Assembly: GCA_963677925.2 (NCBI GenBank)
Contig: CAXXYH010000004.1
Coordinates: 2,400,001 to 2,464,000, forward strand
Origin: Spirochaetia bacterium
GTDB lineage: Bacteria; Spirochaetota; Spirochaetia; UBA9216
Direction of reading: 5' to 3'
DNA: 64,000 bases
The number at the start of each line of letters is the position of its first letter. Within the stretch, counting starts at the first letter, position 1. Position numbers and translations under genes: made by a program. This document shows, piece after piece, positions 1-9,677 of the stretch. Under the pieces are notes generated by a model. The model made no database searches, was not told where the DNA came from, and worked only from the letters and a program-made list of their open reading frames with translations.

Positions 1-1316
1 TATGGCTTCTTAATCAATACAGCTACAGTGAAAGCTCAATTTCCAGTACATACACCAATACAAGTACAGCAGGTGATGACAGCCTTGATGAAGTAGGGGA
101 TTATGAAATTACAAGCTACAGCATGCCATATTACTACTCAACCGGAGGATTTGTAGTAAGTGATGCCGACAACTTTGAGAGTGTTCTTGCATTCGAACCC
201 GAGATTGGTCTGAATGTCGGTAACCTGAGTTCAAAAATATCGCTTGGTGCTGCATTCTATAACCTTGGTGCAAATGAAGGAAGCTACTTAAACACAACCT
301 CAAGCTATGCAGACGGCAGCGATGTAAGCCTGCTTGACACTGAAGAACTGTACAGTTCAACAGGAGCTGTTTATTACGACAGTGATTCAGGAGTTGAAAG
401 CTCAGTAAGTATGGATGCCTCTATTTCCGATACATATCTTGAACGCACAGTACTTGGATTTGACAGTGACAGCAATATCAATCTTGGGAACAATATCGCC
501 CTGAAGTTTATGCTCGGAGCAGATTACGGTATTTACCCCGCTGCTATATGCGAATTCAGTACAATAGAGATACAATATGATGACTACACCGGAACGCCGG
601 TAGAGACATCCCGAAACAGCTCCACCACCTGTATCTCACAGTCTATTAATGCAGCAATATCAGGACATGCGAAAGCTGCATTTTCAAAATCATTCATACC
701 TGATGAAAGAGCCGCGTTTTATCTGGGGGCCGGTTTTGGTTATGACATAGATTACAAAACCGCGGAGAAAGAACAGACAAGGACTTTAAGAGTTCAGATA
801 GACAATGACGGGGATAATGCCTATACAACAGCAGGTACTGATATAGACACGTCAACTATATATACAGGTTATACAACTCAGGTTGATGAAATGATTCATA
901 CAATCGAAGTTTCAGTGCCTCTGTCAGTTTCCTATACTCCGATAAGCGACATGACCTTCTACGCCGGGGCAAAGACAACAATCAGTCTTGTAATAGACAG
1001 CATATCAAGCCTTGTAACAGGACAGTCGGGTTATGTTTATACCGAGTATGTTGATAACCTGGAATCGGATAATTCAATTGATGCTGAGCTGATAGATGGT
1101 ACTGAAAACTATTACACTCCGGGAAACAGCATTGAAACAACGCTTGATGTCGAAGCTGAGGGGAATTTCGGATTCACACTGGCACTTACAGAAAAATTCA
1201 AGATAGACGCTTATGCAACCGTGAGTGCCGACAGCGGAATTATGGGCATGCCGACAAGCGCAGATTCGGGTGTAGGTTTTGATTCATTCAGCCTTACAGG
1301 AAGCTATTCTTTCTAG
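1..1316 (+). CDS. Putative outer-membrane beta-barrel protein, 5'-truncated by the window edge
   Basis: The frame of ORF 123..1316 is open back to base 3 (WLLNQYSYSESS...). It has amphipathic beta-strand patterns and a C-terminal ...FSLTGSYSF ending in Phe. Confidence 0.6.
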   Translation, partial: WLLNQYSYSESSISSTYTNTSTAGDDSLDEVGDYEITSYSMPYYYSTGGFVVSDADNFESVLAFEPEIGLNVGNLSSKISLGAAFYNLGANEGSYLNTTSSYADGSDVSLLDTEELYSSTGAVYYDSDSGVESSVSMDASISDTYLERTVLGFDSDSNINLGNNIALKFMLGADYGIYPAAICEFSTIEIQYDDYTGTPVETSRNSSTTCISQSINAAISGHAKAAFSKSFIPDERAAFYLGAGFGYDIDYKTAEKEQTRTLRVQIDNDGDNAYTTAGTDIDTSTIYTGYTTQVDEMIHTIEVSVPLSVSYTPISDMTFYAGAKTTISLVIDSISSLVTGQSGYVYTEYVDNLESDNSIDAELIDGTENYYTPGNSIETTLDVEAEGNFGFTLALTEKFKIDAYATVSADSGIMGMPTSADSGVGFDSFSLTGSYSF

Positions 1317-1325
1317 GAGGGAAAA

Positions 1326-3389
1326 GTGAAAAAAATAATACTAAATATAGCAGTGATATCACTGCTGGCAATTTTGTTGACAGGATGTCCATCGCCTCTG
1401 GCTTCTATAGCCGGTTATGATTTAATGGTCAGCCTTGGCCGAAATAACTCATCAGAGCAGACGCAGCTCTATGCAGCTGTAGGGGGAAGTTTTGTTGTTC
1501 CCGTCACAGTGTCGAATCAAAACGGGGAAACAATTGCATCAGACTGCACAATAGTCTTTACGCTGTCGGATGATGATGATTTTTCAACCACAGATGATAA
1601 TTACCCGCTCTTAACAGAAACAATTATTGCAGGTGAAGATGCTGATTTTACACTCAGTCTGCCTCCGGGCATAACAACAGCTGCTACCAGATATCTTTTT
1701 GCAGAGATTGATTGTGAAGATGACACGATAACTACCAATAATACCTCCCGTATTGCCCTGGATGTTGGAACAAGCAGTGAGCCTGATTTAGCTCTTTCAC
1801 TCAAATCTCCGTATACAGAGGTTCTTTACGGTCCGGCAGAAGGGAGTGTAAAAGTATCATACAGTATAAGTAATGAGGGATACGGAACTCTGAGTGCCGG
1901 GACAATTATTAAGCTGGACTTAACTGTCAGCCTGGACGGAAGCGAAGTTTTCCTTTATGACGGTTCGGTTACGCTTAGTGAAGAGCTTTATCCTCAGGAC
2001 TATATAAGCGGAACTTTTACAGCCGACCTGCCTGCCGAAGCCTCCCTCATGGCTGATAATGCTGAAACGACCTTCTCGGGATGGATAGGATTCGTTACCG
2101 GGACTGTTAACAGCTCAGGAGACATCAGCGAGACCTCAACAGCAAATAATACAGATAAAATTATACTGACGGTCTGTGGCTCGCTTCCTGATCTCCATAT
2201 CTCTGAAATTAATTTCTCTGAAGACTTTTCCGGGGCATGGGTTATCACTGATGATCTGTCAAATCTGGTAACCTCTGTAACTGTTGAAAACGATGGATGG
2301 ACTGCGGCCCGGGGATATACCGTTGTTCTGTTTCAGGATACGAATTCCGACGGTGAATATGATTCCGGAGATATTGATTTATATACATGGGATGCACCCG
2401 GGACAGTCCCCTATGACTTCTATGATACTAGCAACTACAGATATCTTCTGGTCCCCGCAGATACAAGAGCACAAAACACTCCCACCGCAGGAAACTATTA
2501 TCTTGGAGCTGCAATAATTGGAAGTATGGCTGAGGGAGACACTTCGGATAACACATATTCCTATTCAAGCGATGTTACATTTTTTGAGAAAACTATCAAT
2601 CTTACAGGAACTGTAAGCTCGTCAAGCTCCGGTAATGTGGCAGACGGTTCTACAGTTACCTATACTGCAACGATAACAAATGACGGCGATGGAGATGTTG
2701 ACGATGATTTCACCGTTACTTTGTATAGTTCTGAGGATAATTATAATGCTCGTTCAAGCAATACAATTTATACAACTACCGTTTCAGGTCTTGGCGTAGG
2801 AGAATCAAAGACAATAACCTATGACTTCAGCAACGCTGAGGGGAATAATGTTATGCATTGGGTAAGCTGTAAAATTGATACTGGAAATGCTATTCCAGAG
2901 ATTGATGAAGATGATAATACTTCCACATCTACCGGAATCTATTTCTATGATGATGAGAACAGCAGCAGGACATATACGCTTACATACAGGCCTTTTAGAA
3001 CAAGCAGCACTAATACTAATAATTTTTATATGTATTTTGTTCTTTATGATGAAAATGGTACTGCGTTGTCAACAGCTTCTTGCTCTACAAGTTCCCGAAC
3101 TTTTGTTACTGCATTATCTCCAGGCATTTACTATCTAAAAGTTTATTCATATGTCAGTAACTCTTATGGTATGTTTGTTTCTCCATATTTCAGTTCGTCG
3201 ATCGATAGCTATTCCACTCCATTTGAATCTTATTGCGCCGACAATTCCAAAGATGAATATGAGGACAATGATTCCAGTGTGTCCAGCGGAATTCCCGACA
3301 AGTATACAGATTTAAATTTCGGAAAGGCATATAACCGTTATATTAATGGTAGTTCCGATTATGAATGGTATAAGGTAGTATTACCATAA
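1326..3389 (+). CDS. Acidic Ser/Thr-rich lipoprotein with repeated CARDB/Ig-like domains
   Basis: GGAGG RBS and GTG start; lipobox LLTGC. CARDB-like motifs (PDL...V.N.G; IDTGNAIPEIDEDDN) and a Ca-binding-like DTNSDGEYDSGD. Confidence 0.75.
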   Translation: MKKIILNIAVISLLAILLTGCPSPLASIAGYDLMVSLGRNNSSEQTQLYAAVGGSFVVPVTVSNQNGETIASDCTIVFTLSDDDDFSTTDDNYPLLTETIIAGEDADFTLSLPPGITTAATRYLFAEIDCEDDTITTNNTSRIALDVGTSSEPDLALSLKSPYTEVLYGPAEGSVKVSYSISNEGYGTLSAGTIIKLDLTVSLDGSEVFLYDGSVTLSEELYPQDYISGTFTADLPAEASLMADNAETTFSGWIGFVTGTVNSSGDISETSTANNTDKIILTVCGSLPDLHISEINFSEDFSGAWVITDDLSNLVTSVTVENDGWTAARGYTVVLFQDTNSDGEYDSGDIDLYTWDAPGTVPYDFYDTSNYRYLLVPADTRAQNTPTAGNYYLGAAIIGSMAEGDTSDNTYSYSSDVTFFEKTINLTGTVSSSSSGNVADGSTVTYTATITNDGDGDVDDDFTVTLYSSEDNYNARSSNTIYTTTVSGLGVGESKTITYDFSNAEGNNVMHWVSCKIDTGNAIPEIDEDDNTSTSTGIYFYDDENSSRTYTLTYRPFRTSSTNTNNFYMYFVLYDENGTALSTASCSTSSRTFVTALSPGIYYLKVYSYVSNSYGMFVSPYFSSSIDSYSTPFESYCADNSKDEYEDNDSSVSSGIPDKYTDLNFGKAYNRYINGSSDYEWYKVVLP

Positions 3390-3402
3390 CAAAGACATTC
3401 TC

Positions 3403-3437
3403 CAGGGCATCCGGTTTTCAGATGCCCTGTTTTTTTT
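3403..3437 (+). terminator. Intrinsic terminator
   Basis: CAGGGCATC-9 nt-GATGCCCTG followed by T8. Confidence 0.85.
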
Positions 3438-3445
3438 ACAAAAAT

Positions 3446-3467
3446 GTCCTAATATATATTCTTGGAC
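3446..3467. promoter_or_regulatory. Palindromic operator-like site GTCC-N14-GGAC (copy 1)
   Basis: GTCCTAATATATATTCTTGGAC, ending 60 nt before the start codon at 3527. A related copy lies at 5197. Confidence 0.6.
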
Positions 3468-3526
3468 GATCTTAACCTCCATTACTGTTACTTTGAATTG
3501 AAAATATTTTAGATGGAGGAATTTAA

Positions 3527-5131
3527 GTGAAGAATTCAAAACAATTTATAAAAACTGCAGGCGCTATTTTAATGGTTCTGCTTGCAGTCTTTATAAGCGG
3601 CTGTCAGAACGGGACAACCGATCAGGCAGCTGAATCAGCAGCTGAAACGACGGAGGAAACACCGGCTGCAACCTACACGGTAACATACAATGCCAACGGT
3701 GCGGAAACAGGCACTGTTCCAAGTGATTCCGCAGCATACGAAGAAGGTAATACGGTAACGGTATTAGGGAACACCGGAGAGTTGACGAAAACTAATTATA
3801 TTCTTCTGGGGTGGAACACCAGGGCGGACGGCAGCGGTACAACATACAAAGCAGGCAGCACATTCACTATCGGCGATGCCGATGTAAGCCTCTATGCACT
3901 CTGGTCTTTCGAAACGATTATCTACGACGACTGTTATTCGGTAGCCAAATCTACATGCCTTGATGATTCCGGCAACATCTATGCCACAGGTTACAGCTGG
4001 AACGGCAGTAATTACGATATGGTTATATGGAATTATGACAGCTCTGGCGTGCTTGATACAGGCTTCGGCTCAGGCGGAATAGTCGTTCATGACAGTGCCG
4101 CAGGCGGAAGCTACTATGATAGAGGCTACTCTATCTGCCTTGATGGTTCAGGCAATATCTATGTCACAGGTAACAGCTATAACGAAAGTAATACCGATAT
4201 GGTTATCTGGAAGTATGACAGCGCTGGCGTTCTTGACACAGACTTCGGCTCAGGCGGAATAGTCGTTCATGACAGTGCCGCAGGCGGAAGCAGCTATGAT
4301 ACAGGCTACTCCATCTGTCTTGATGATTCAGGCAACATCTATGTCACAGGTTATAGCAATAAAAACAGTAGTAATAGCGATATGGTTATCTGGAAGTATT
4401 ACAGCGCAGGCGCACTCGATACAAGTTTCGGCTCAGGCGGAATAGTAGTTCATGACAGTGCCGCAGGCGGAAGCGGTTCCGATATTGGCTACTCTATCTG
4501 TCTTGATGATTCAGGTAATATCTATGTAACGGGTTTCAGCAATAACGGCAATAATTCCGATATGGTTATCTGGAAGTATGACAGCGCTGGCGTGCTGGAC
4601 ACAGACTTCGGCTCAGGCGGAATAGCTGTTCATGACAGTGCCGCAGGCGGAAGCAGCTATGATAGAGGCAACTCCATCTGTCTTGATGATTCAGGCAACA
4701 TCTATGTCACAGGTTATAGCAATAACAACAGTAGTAATAGCGATATGGTTATCTGGAAGTATGACAGCGCAGGCGTGCTGGATACAGGCTTCGGCTCAGA
4801 CGGAATTGTTGTTCATGACAGTGCCGCAGGCGGAAGCAGCTATGATTATGGCTTTTCTATCTGCCTTGAAGATTCAGGTAATATCTATGTCACAGGTTAC
4901 AGTTCTAATGGCAGTAATGACGATATGGTTATCTGGAAGTATGACAGTGCTGGCGTGCTTGATACAAGTTTCGACACTGACGGACTAATAATCCGAGACA
5001 ATATTGCAGGCGGAAGTGGTTCCGATTATGGCTACTCAATCTGCCTTGATGATGCGGGAAATATCTATACAGCAGGAGACAGCGTTGGGGTCAGCACTCT
5101 AAATATGGTTATCTGTAAAATATATCAATAA
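3527..5131 (+). CDS. Lipoprotein: InlB B-repeat (Flg_new-like) domain plus beta-propeller of ~60-aa repeats
   Basis: Lipobox FISGC; YTVTYNANGA...GWNT.ADGSG...LYALW; seven SICLDDSGNIYVTG motifs with LDTxFGxGG (SBBP/delta-60-like). Confidence 0.85.
   Translation: MKNSKQFIKTAGAILMVLLAVFISGCQNGTTDQAAESAAETTEETPAATYTVTYNANGAETGTVPSDSAAYEEGNTVTVLGNTGELTKTNYILLGWNTRADGSGTTYKAGSTFTIGDADVSLYALWSFETIIYDDCYSVAKSTCLDDSGNIYATGYSWNGSNYDMVIWNYDSSGVLDTGFGSGGIVVHDSAAGGSYYDRGYSICLDGSGNIYVTGNSYNESNTDMVIWKYDSAGVLDTDFGSGGIVVHDSAAGGSSYDTGYSICLDDSGNIYVTGYSNKNSSNSDMVIWKYYSAGALDTSFGSGGIVVHDSAAGGSGSDIGYSICLDDSGNIYVTGFSNNGNNSDMVIWKYDSAGVLDTDFGSGGIAVHDSAAGGSSYDRGNSICLDDSGNIYVTGYSNNNSSNSDMVIWKYDSAGVLDTGFGSDGIVVHDSAAGGSSYDYGFSICLEDSGNIYVTGYSSNGSNDDMVIWKYDSAGVLDTSFDTDGLIIRDNIAGGSGSDYGYSICLDDAGNIYTAGDSVGVSTLNMVICKIYQ
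3950..5120 (+). repeat. Intragenic tandem repeat, 180/183-nt unit, ~6.5 copies
   Basis: Equivalent positions at 3961, 4141, 4321, 4504, 4684, 4867 and 5047. Blocks such as GATATGGTTATCTGGAAGTAT and CATGACAGTGCCGCAGGCGGAAG are near-identical between copies. Confidence 0.95.
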
Positions 5132-5157
5132 CAATATAATCAATAGAATCCAATACC

Positions 5158-5184
5158 AGCCCGGGAGCTTCCCGGGCTTTTTTT
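5158..5184 (+). terminator. Intrinsic terminator
   Basis: AGCCCGGGA-GCT-TCCCGGGCT followed by a T tract. Confidence 0.85.
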
Positions 5185-5196
5185 GCGTTAAAAAAA

Positions 5197-5218
5197 GTCC
5201 AAGAATATATTTCTGGAC
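5197..5218. promoter_or_regulatory. Palindromic operator-like site GTCC-N14-GGAC (copy 2)
   Basis: GTCCAAGAATATATTTCTGGAC, ending 63 nt before the start codon at 5281. Confidence 0.6.
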
Positions 5219-5280
5219 GACGAGTAAATTCTTTTCATATATCTTTCTTAATATTTTTATATCAAGGAGAGATTTTTGAA

Positions 5281-7527
5281 TTGAAAAAGACCACACATTT
5301 TGTTAAGGGGGCTGCCGTTATCCTTATGATAATTCTTGCAGCCCTTGTATGCGGATGTCCGAACGGGATTCCCGGCTTCGAGACCTTCACGGCAACATAT
5401 GATGCCAACGGAGCAACAAGCGGCAGCGCACCGATAGACAGTGCGACCTATATCGAGGGTGATACCATCACAGTATTGGACAATACCGGAGCTCTCTCAA
5501 AACCGACCTATTCGTTTACCGGCTGGAATACAGCTGCGGACGGTAGCGGAACCGCATACACTGCCGGCAGTACTTTCACAATGGGTGCATCAGACATCAC
5601 CCTCTACGCAGTCTGGTCGCAGAATGTACACTCACTCTACTTTGACGCAAACGGTGGGGAAGGAACAATGGCCGCGGTGAACATCGATGAGGGAGCTTCG
5701 GCAACGGTGCCAGCCTGCGGCTTCACGCTGGAGGGCAGCGGTTTTACCGGCTGGAACACCAAGGCAGACGGAAACGGAACCGACTACAGTGCGGGAAGTT
5801 CAATAACAATGGGAAGCTCGGACATTACCCTGTACGCAATCTGGACAAAGGATGTGATCTTAACCATAACGACACCGTCTGATAACGGTTATATTAATAA
5901 GTTTTCTTTTACAATGGATTTTACCTTTAACAAAGACGTTACCGGTTTTGATGCAGAAGACATAAGTGTAACAAACTGCACATTATCAGGTTTTGCCGGA
6001 AGCGGAGCATCTTATACCGCAACAATCTTTCCTTCTTCAGAGGGCGATGTCGATGTAACAGTAGCCGAAGCAGTAGCAGAAGACGCGTATGGGTATAAGA
6101 ATATAGAAACAAGCTGCAGCCTGATTTATGATAAAACTGCGCCTGCGCAAATAGCTGGTACTAATAGCGCAGCAGGAGCCGGTAAGCTTAAGATTACCTG
6201 GATTGAGCCTACAACTGAAGAGGACTCAAGCTTTGATCATGTAGTTCTGAAATGTTATGAGCGTGGAATATACACAGCTATGTCTGAGATTGAGGTTAAT
6301 AAGGGGACATGTGAATATACCTTTGAAGGGCTTACTACCGGAAAGTCTTATTTTGTTTCTGTATTTCCTGTAGACGCCGCGGGTAATCAACAGAATTCTG
6401 CAAGTTCAAAAACTATAGACCTTATGGATGATACATTTAGAAACGTCTATTACATTACAGACTCGGATGGTTTTACCTCGCTGTCAGACGATTTGAGTGG
6501 ATATTATATTTTAATGGCAAATATAAGTCTGTCATCAACATGGACTCCTGTCGGAACCTCAGCAGATCCATTTACCGGCATACTTGAAAGCTTCTGGTCA
6601 GAACCTAAAGCAACAATAAGCGGACTGACCACACCGTCTCAAGATTATAGCGGCCTCTTTGGTTGTGCCGAATCTGCCTATGTAAGGAATATAATAATAA
6701 AGGATGCTGAAATTATATTATCAGGTTCTAAGGATTACAATGGAGTTCTTGTCGGATCCTGGGACGGCGGAACAATTGAAGGCGTAGAGGTTTCCGGCTC
6801 TGTTGGAAATATTGTTTCTGGGTCTTATCATGGCGGACTGGCCGGTTTTGTTACAAACGCTGACGTTACATCATGTTTGTCCACCGCTGTTGTATGGGGG
6901 CATGGTGATGTCGGAGGATTAGTTGGCGCGACAGGGGGCAATAGTACAATAAGCACATGCGCTGTAGAAAAAAGCAGTACAAGCGGTGCGACTGATACAG
7001 ATTTATGCGGATATTACAGAGTTGGAGGTTTGGTCGGCAATGTTGAAAGCGGCTCACTTACAATCAGCGAATGCTTTACAAATATTGGTATAGCACTTAC
7101 GCTTTATGGCACAGACAATGCAGCTGCCTTATGTGGCAGAGCAGATGGCTCGTGTACTGTAAATAATTGTTATACAAGGGGTTTTATTGAGGGCACCTAC
7201 ACAAGCTGTGTTGGAAGCTTTTTCGGGTATAGTACCGAAACTATTAATTGTACCAACTCCTATGGACAGGGGAAGGTTTCTGGTTATTCTTTAACCGGAG
7301 CTTTGTATGGTTCACTGAGAGGTAGTGTAACTACTACCGGCTGCTACTATTCTACTAATACCGAACAAAGTGCTGTTAAAGGCGATAGCAACGGAACCGG
7401 TACAGAAGTTCCTGACGGCTCAATGTCAACAATAACATCTGCCGGCGGATGGGACACAGACATATGGGGTGTGGACAGCAGCCATAACGACGGTTATCCG
7501 TATTTATTAAATAATTCGTATAACTAG
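5281..7527 (+). CDS. Lipoprotein with two InlB B-repeats, Ig-like, FN3 and GLUG-like beta-helix regions
   Basis: Lipobox LVCGC; two GWNT.ADG.G repeats; FNKDVTGF...SGSGASYT (Ig-like); GLTTGKSY..SV..VDAAGN (FN3); WTPVG...PFTG and VGGLVG repeats (GLUG). Confidence 0.8.
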   Translation: MKKTTHFVKGAAVILMIILAALVCGCPNGIPGFETFTATYDANGATSGSAPIDSATYIEGDTITVLDNTGALSKPTYSFTGWNTAADGSGTAYTAGSTFTMGASDITLYAVWSQNVHSLYFDANGGEGTMAAVNIDEGASATVPACGFTLEGSGFTGWNTKADGNGTDYSAGSSITMGSSDITLYAIWTKDVILTITTPSDNGYINKFSFTMDFTFNKDVTGFDAEDISVTNCTLSGFAGSGASYTATIFPSSEGDVDVTVAEAVAEDAYGYKNIETSCSLIYDKTAPAQIAGTNSAAGAGKLKITWIEPTTEEDSSFDHVVLKCYERGIYTAMSEIEVNKGTCEYTFEGLTTGKSYFVSVFPVDAAGNQQNSASSKTIDLMDDTFRNVYYITDSDGFTSLSDDLSGYYILMANISLSSTWTPVGTSADPFTGILESFWSEPKATISGLTTPSQDYSGLFGCAESAYVRNIIIKDAEIILSGSKDYNGVLVGSWDGGTIEGVEVSGSVGNIVSGSYHGGLAGFVTNADVTSCLSTAVVWGHGDVGGLVGATGGNSTISTCAVEKSSTSGATDTDLCGYYRVGGLVGNVESGSLTISECFTNIGIALTLYGTDNAAALCGRADGSCTVNNCYTRGFIEGTYTSCVGSFFGYSTETINCTNSYGQGKVSGYSLTGALYGSLRGSVTTTGCYYSTNTEQSAVKGDSNGTGTEVPDGSMSTITSAGGWDTDIWGVDSSHNDGYPYLLNNSYN

Positions 7528-7544
7528 GTTCTTCTTCTGATTAC

Positions 7545-7569
7545 AGCCCGGGACTTGCTCGGGCTTTTT
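7545..7569 (+). terminator. Intrinsic terminator
   Basis: AGCCCGGG-ACTTG-CTCGGGCT followed by a T tract. Confidence 0.8.
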
Positions 7570-7611
7570 AATTTTATTGTGATCTTCTCATTCGTGTGAT
7601 ATTATCTATCG

Positions 7612-7639
7612 GGAAACTAAAAATACAAAAATAGTTTCC
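7612..7639. promoter_or_regulatory. Probable TetR operator
   Basis: GGAAACTA-N12-TAGTTTCC inverted repeat just upstream of the TetR gene. Confidence 0.65.
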
Positions 7640-7669
7640 GTAAGCATATCAATTAAATTTTAAGGATAA

Positions 7670-8281
7670 GTGATGCCGGCCGGCGATACAGATAATGAGA
7701 TAAAAAAAGTTATCCTGGAAGGGGTGATAGATGAATTTAACCAAAACGGTCTGAAATTTACGATGGATGATTTAGCTCAAAGATTATCCATGAGTAAAAA
7801 GACCTTTTATAAATACTATAAAGACAAGAATGAACTTTTCATGGAAATGGTTGATTACTGTTTTTCTGCAATAAAGGAAAGTGAAAAAAGGATTCTTCAG
7901 GATGAAGAACTGAGCCTTATTGAAAAAATCAGAAAAATTATTGTCGTTCTGCCGGAACGCTATTCCGGAGTTGATTTTCGCAAATTGTGGGAACTTAAAA
8001 ATATATATCCCGAAGTTTTTGAAAGGGTGGCTTTAAGATTGGAAAATGACTGGGAGCCGACAATTAAGCTTCTGGAAGAGGGAGTCAGGATGGGAAATAT
8101 AAGATCTGTACAGATACCTGTATTAAAGATGATGGTCGAATCTTCAATAGAACATTTTCTTTGCGGACATACGCTCCTTGATGAAAATATTTCATACGGG
8201 CAGGCTCTTGAGGGGATGATGGATATTCTTTTACATGGAATTCTTGCTGAAACAGAAGGAGAAATAAAGAGTGAAACTTGA
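7670..8281 (+). CDS. TetR/AcrR-family regulator
   Basis: N-terminal HTH FTMDDLAQRLSMSKKTFYKYYKDKNELF. Confidence 0.9.
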   Translation: MMPAGDTDNEIKKVILEGVIDEFNQNGLKFTMDDLAQRLSMSKKTFYKYYKDKNELFMEMVDYCFSAIKESEKRILQDEELSLIEKIRKIIVVLPERYSGVDFRKLWELKNIYPEVFERVALRLENDWEPTIKLLEEGVRMGNIRSVQIPVLKMMVESSIEHFLCGHTLLDENISYGQALEGMMDILLHGILAETEGEIKSET

Positions 8282-9653
8282 TTTAAAGGCCAAGGCTTCA
8301 TACGGTCTTGCCGCAGTCGGAAAGGATATGGTGTACGCCCTTTCCTCGGGGTATGTTCTCTATTACTACAATGTCGTTATGGGACTCAGCGCTACATTTG
8401 TCGGAATTATCCTGATGGTGGCGCGTGTCTTCGATGCTGTAAACGACCCGGTAATGGGAATAATTGTAGCAAAAACCAACTCACGCTTCGGCAGGTTCCG
8501 TCCCTGGCTTTTCACAGGAACAATACTGAACGCCTTTGTTCTTTTCGCTCTTTTTGCGGTACCCGGCGGACTGGAAGGCAAGCAGCTTATGGTATATTTT
8601 GCTGTTGTCTACATACTATGGGGGACTACCTATACAATTATGGATATTCCCTACTGGTCGATGATCCCGGCGGTAGCGGATACGCATGCTGAACGGGAAA
8701 ACCTGTCTGTAATAGCAAGAAGCTGTGCCGGCGTCGGCTTTGCGGTAATAACAGTAGCCACAATGATTTCAGTAGCTAAATTCGGCGGGGGAAGTTCTGC
8801 CGCTGATTACCGTATCGGCTTCAGATGGTTCACACTTATCATCAGCTGTTTCTTTATTCTGGCCTCGGTTATTGCCTGTATCAATATAAAGGAAAACAGT
8901 TCCGTAAATATGAAAACGGCAAGTGTCGGCCAGATGTTTAAATCACTTTTTAAAAATGACCAGGCTATGATAATTGTAATTGCAATCATCTGCGTTAATA
9001 CAGCCCTTTACATAACATCCAATCTGATAATCTATTTCTTTCAGTTTGATATCGGCGAAGCCGGCTGGGAAGGCTCCTATGCGCTTTTTAATACCTTCGG
9101 AGGCGGACTTCAGATTATTGCAATGATGATAATCTATCCTCTTATTCGTAAAAAGCTTTCTGCTACAACTGTTTTCAGACTCTGCCTCTTAATGGAAATC
9201 TTCGGTTATTTTGTACTGCTGATTATGGCATTTACCGGCGCAACGGCGGTATTTCTCATTTTTATCCCCGCCTTTTTTATCTTCTCGGGAAACGGAATGC
9301 TGACTGTCCTCACAACCATTTTTCTGGCCGATTCTGTAGACTACGGTGAGTTTAAAACAGGACACCGTGAAGAGAGTGTTATATTTTCAATGCAGACCTT
9401 TGTGGTGAAGCTTGCATCGGGCCTTGCGGCTCTGGCTGCCAGTGTCGGTCTTGATTTAATCAATCTTGATACCGATGCTGCTGTGCAGTCCTCAAAAACC
9501 ATCTTCGGTTTAAGGACTGTTATGTCGGTTGTTCCTATGATTGGACTTTTTGTAGCGCTTTTTATTTTCAGAAAATATAAACTTGATGAAAAAGAACTTG
9601 CGAAGATTGCATCAAAACTTGAAAGAGAGGATCCATCGGCTGCGGGTATCTGA
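8271..9653 (+). CDS. Glycoside-pentoside-hexuronide (MelB-like) MFS symporter
   Basis: ARVFDAVNDP, SRFGRFRPW, DIPYWSM and DSVDYGE motifs; about 12 TM segments. Confidence 0.9.
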   Translation: MKLDLKAKASYGLAAVGKDMVYALSSGYVLYYYNVVMGLSATFVGIILMVARVFDAVNDPVMGIIVAKTNSRFGRFRPWLFTGTILNAFVLFALFAVPGGLEGKQLMVYFAVVYILWGTTYTIMDIPYWSMIPAVADTHAERENLSVIARSCAGVGFAVITVATMISVAKFGGGSSAADYRIGFRWFTLIISCFFILASVIACINIKENSSVNMKTASVGQMFKSLFKNDQAMIIVIAIICVNTALYITSNLIIYFFQFDIGEAGWEGSYALFNTFGGGLQIIAMMIIYPLIRKKLSATTVFRLCLLMEIFGYFVLLIMAFTGATAVFLIFIPAFFIFSGNGMLTVLTTIFLADSVDYGEFKTGHREESVIFSMQTFVVKLASGLAALAASVGLDLINLDTDAAVQSSKTIFGLRTVMSVVPMIGLFVALFIFRKYKLDEKELAKIASKLEREDPSAAGI

Positions 9654-9677
9654 TATACTGTCCATTGAGGAGACAAT

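Noticed and set aside
3950-5120. Repeats as a CRISPR array or diversity-generating retroelement
   Set aside because: The units are in-frame coding repeats of 180/183 nt without unique spacers. No cas gene, reverse transcriptase or non-coding template copy is in the window.
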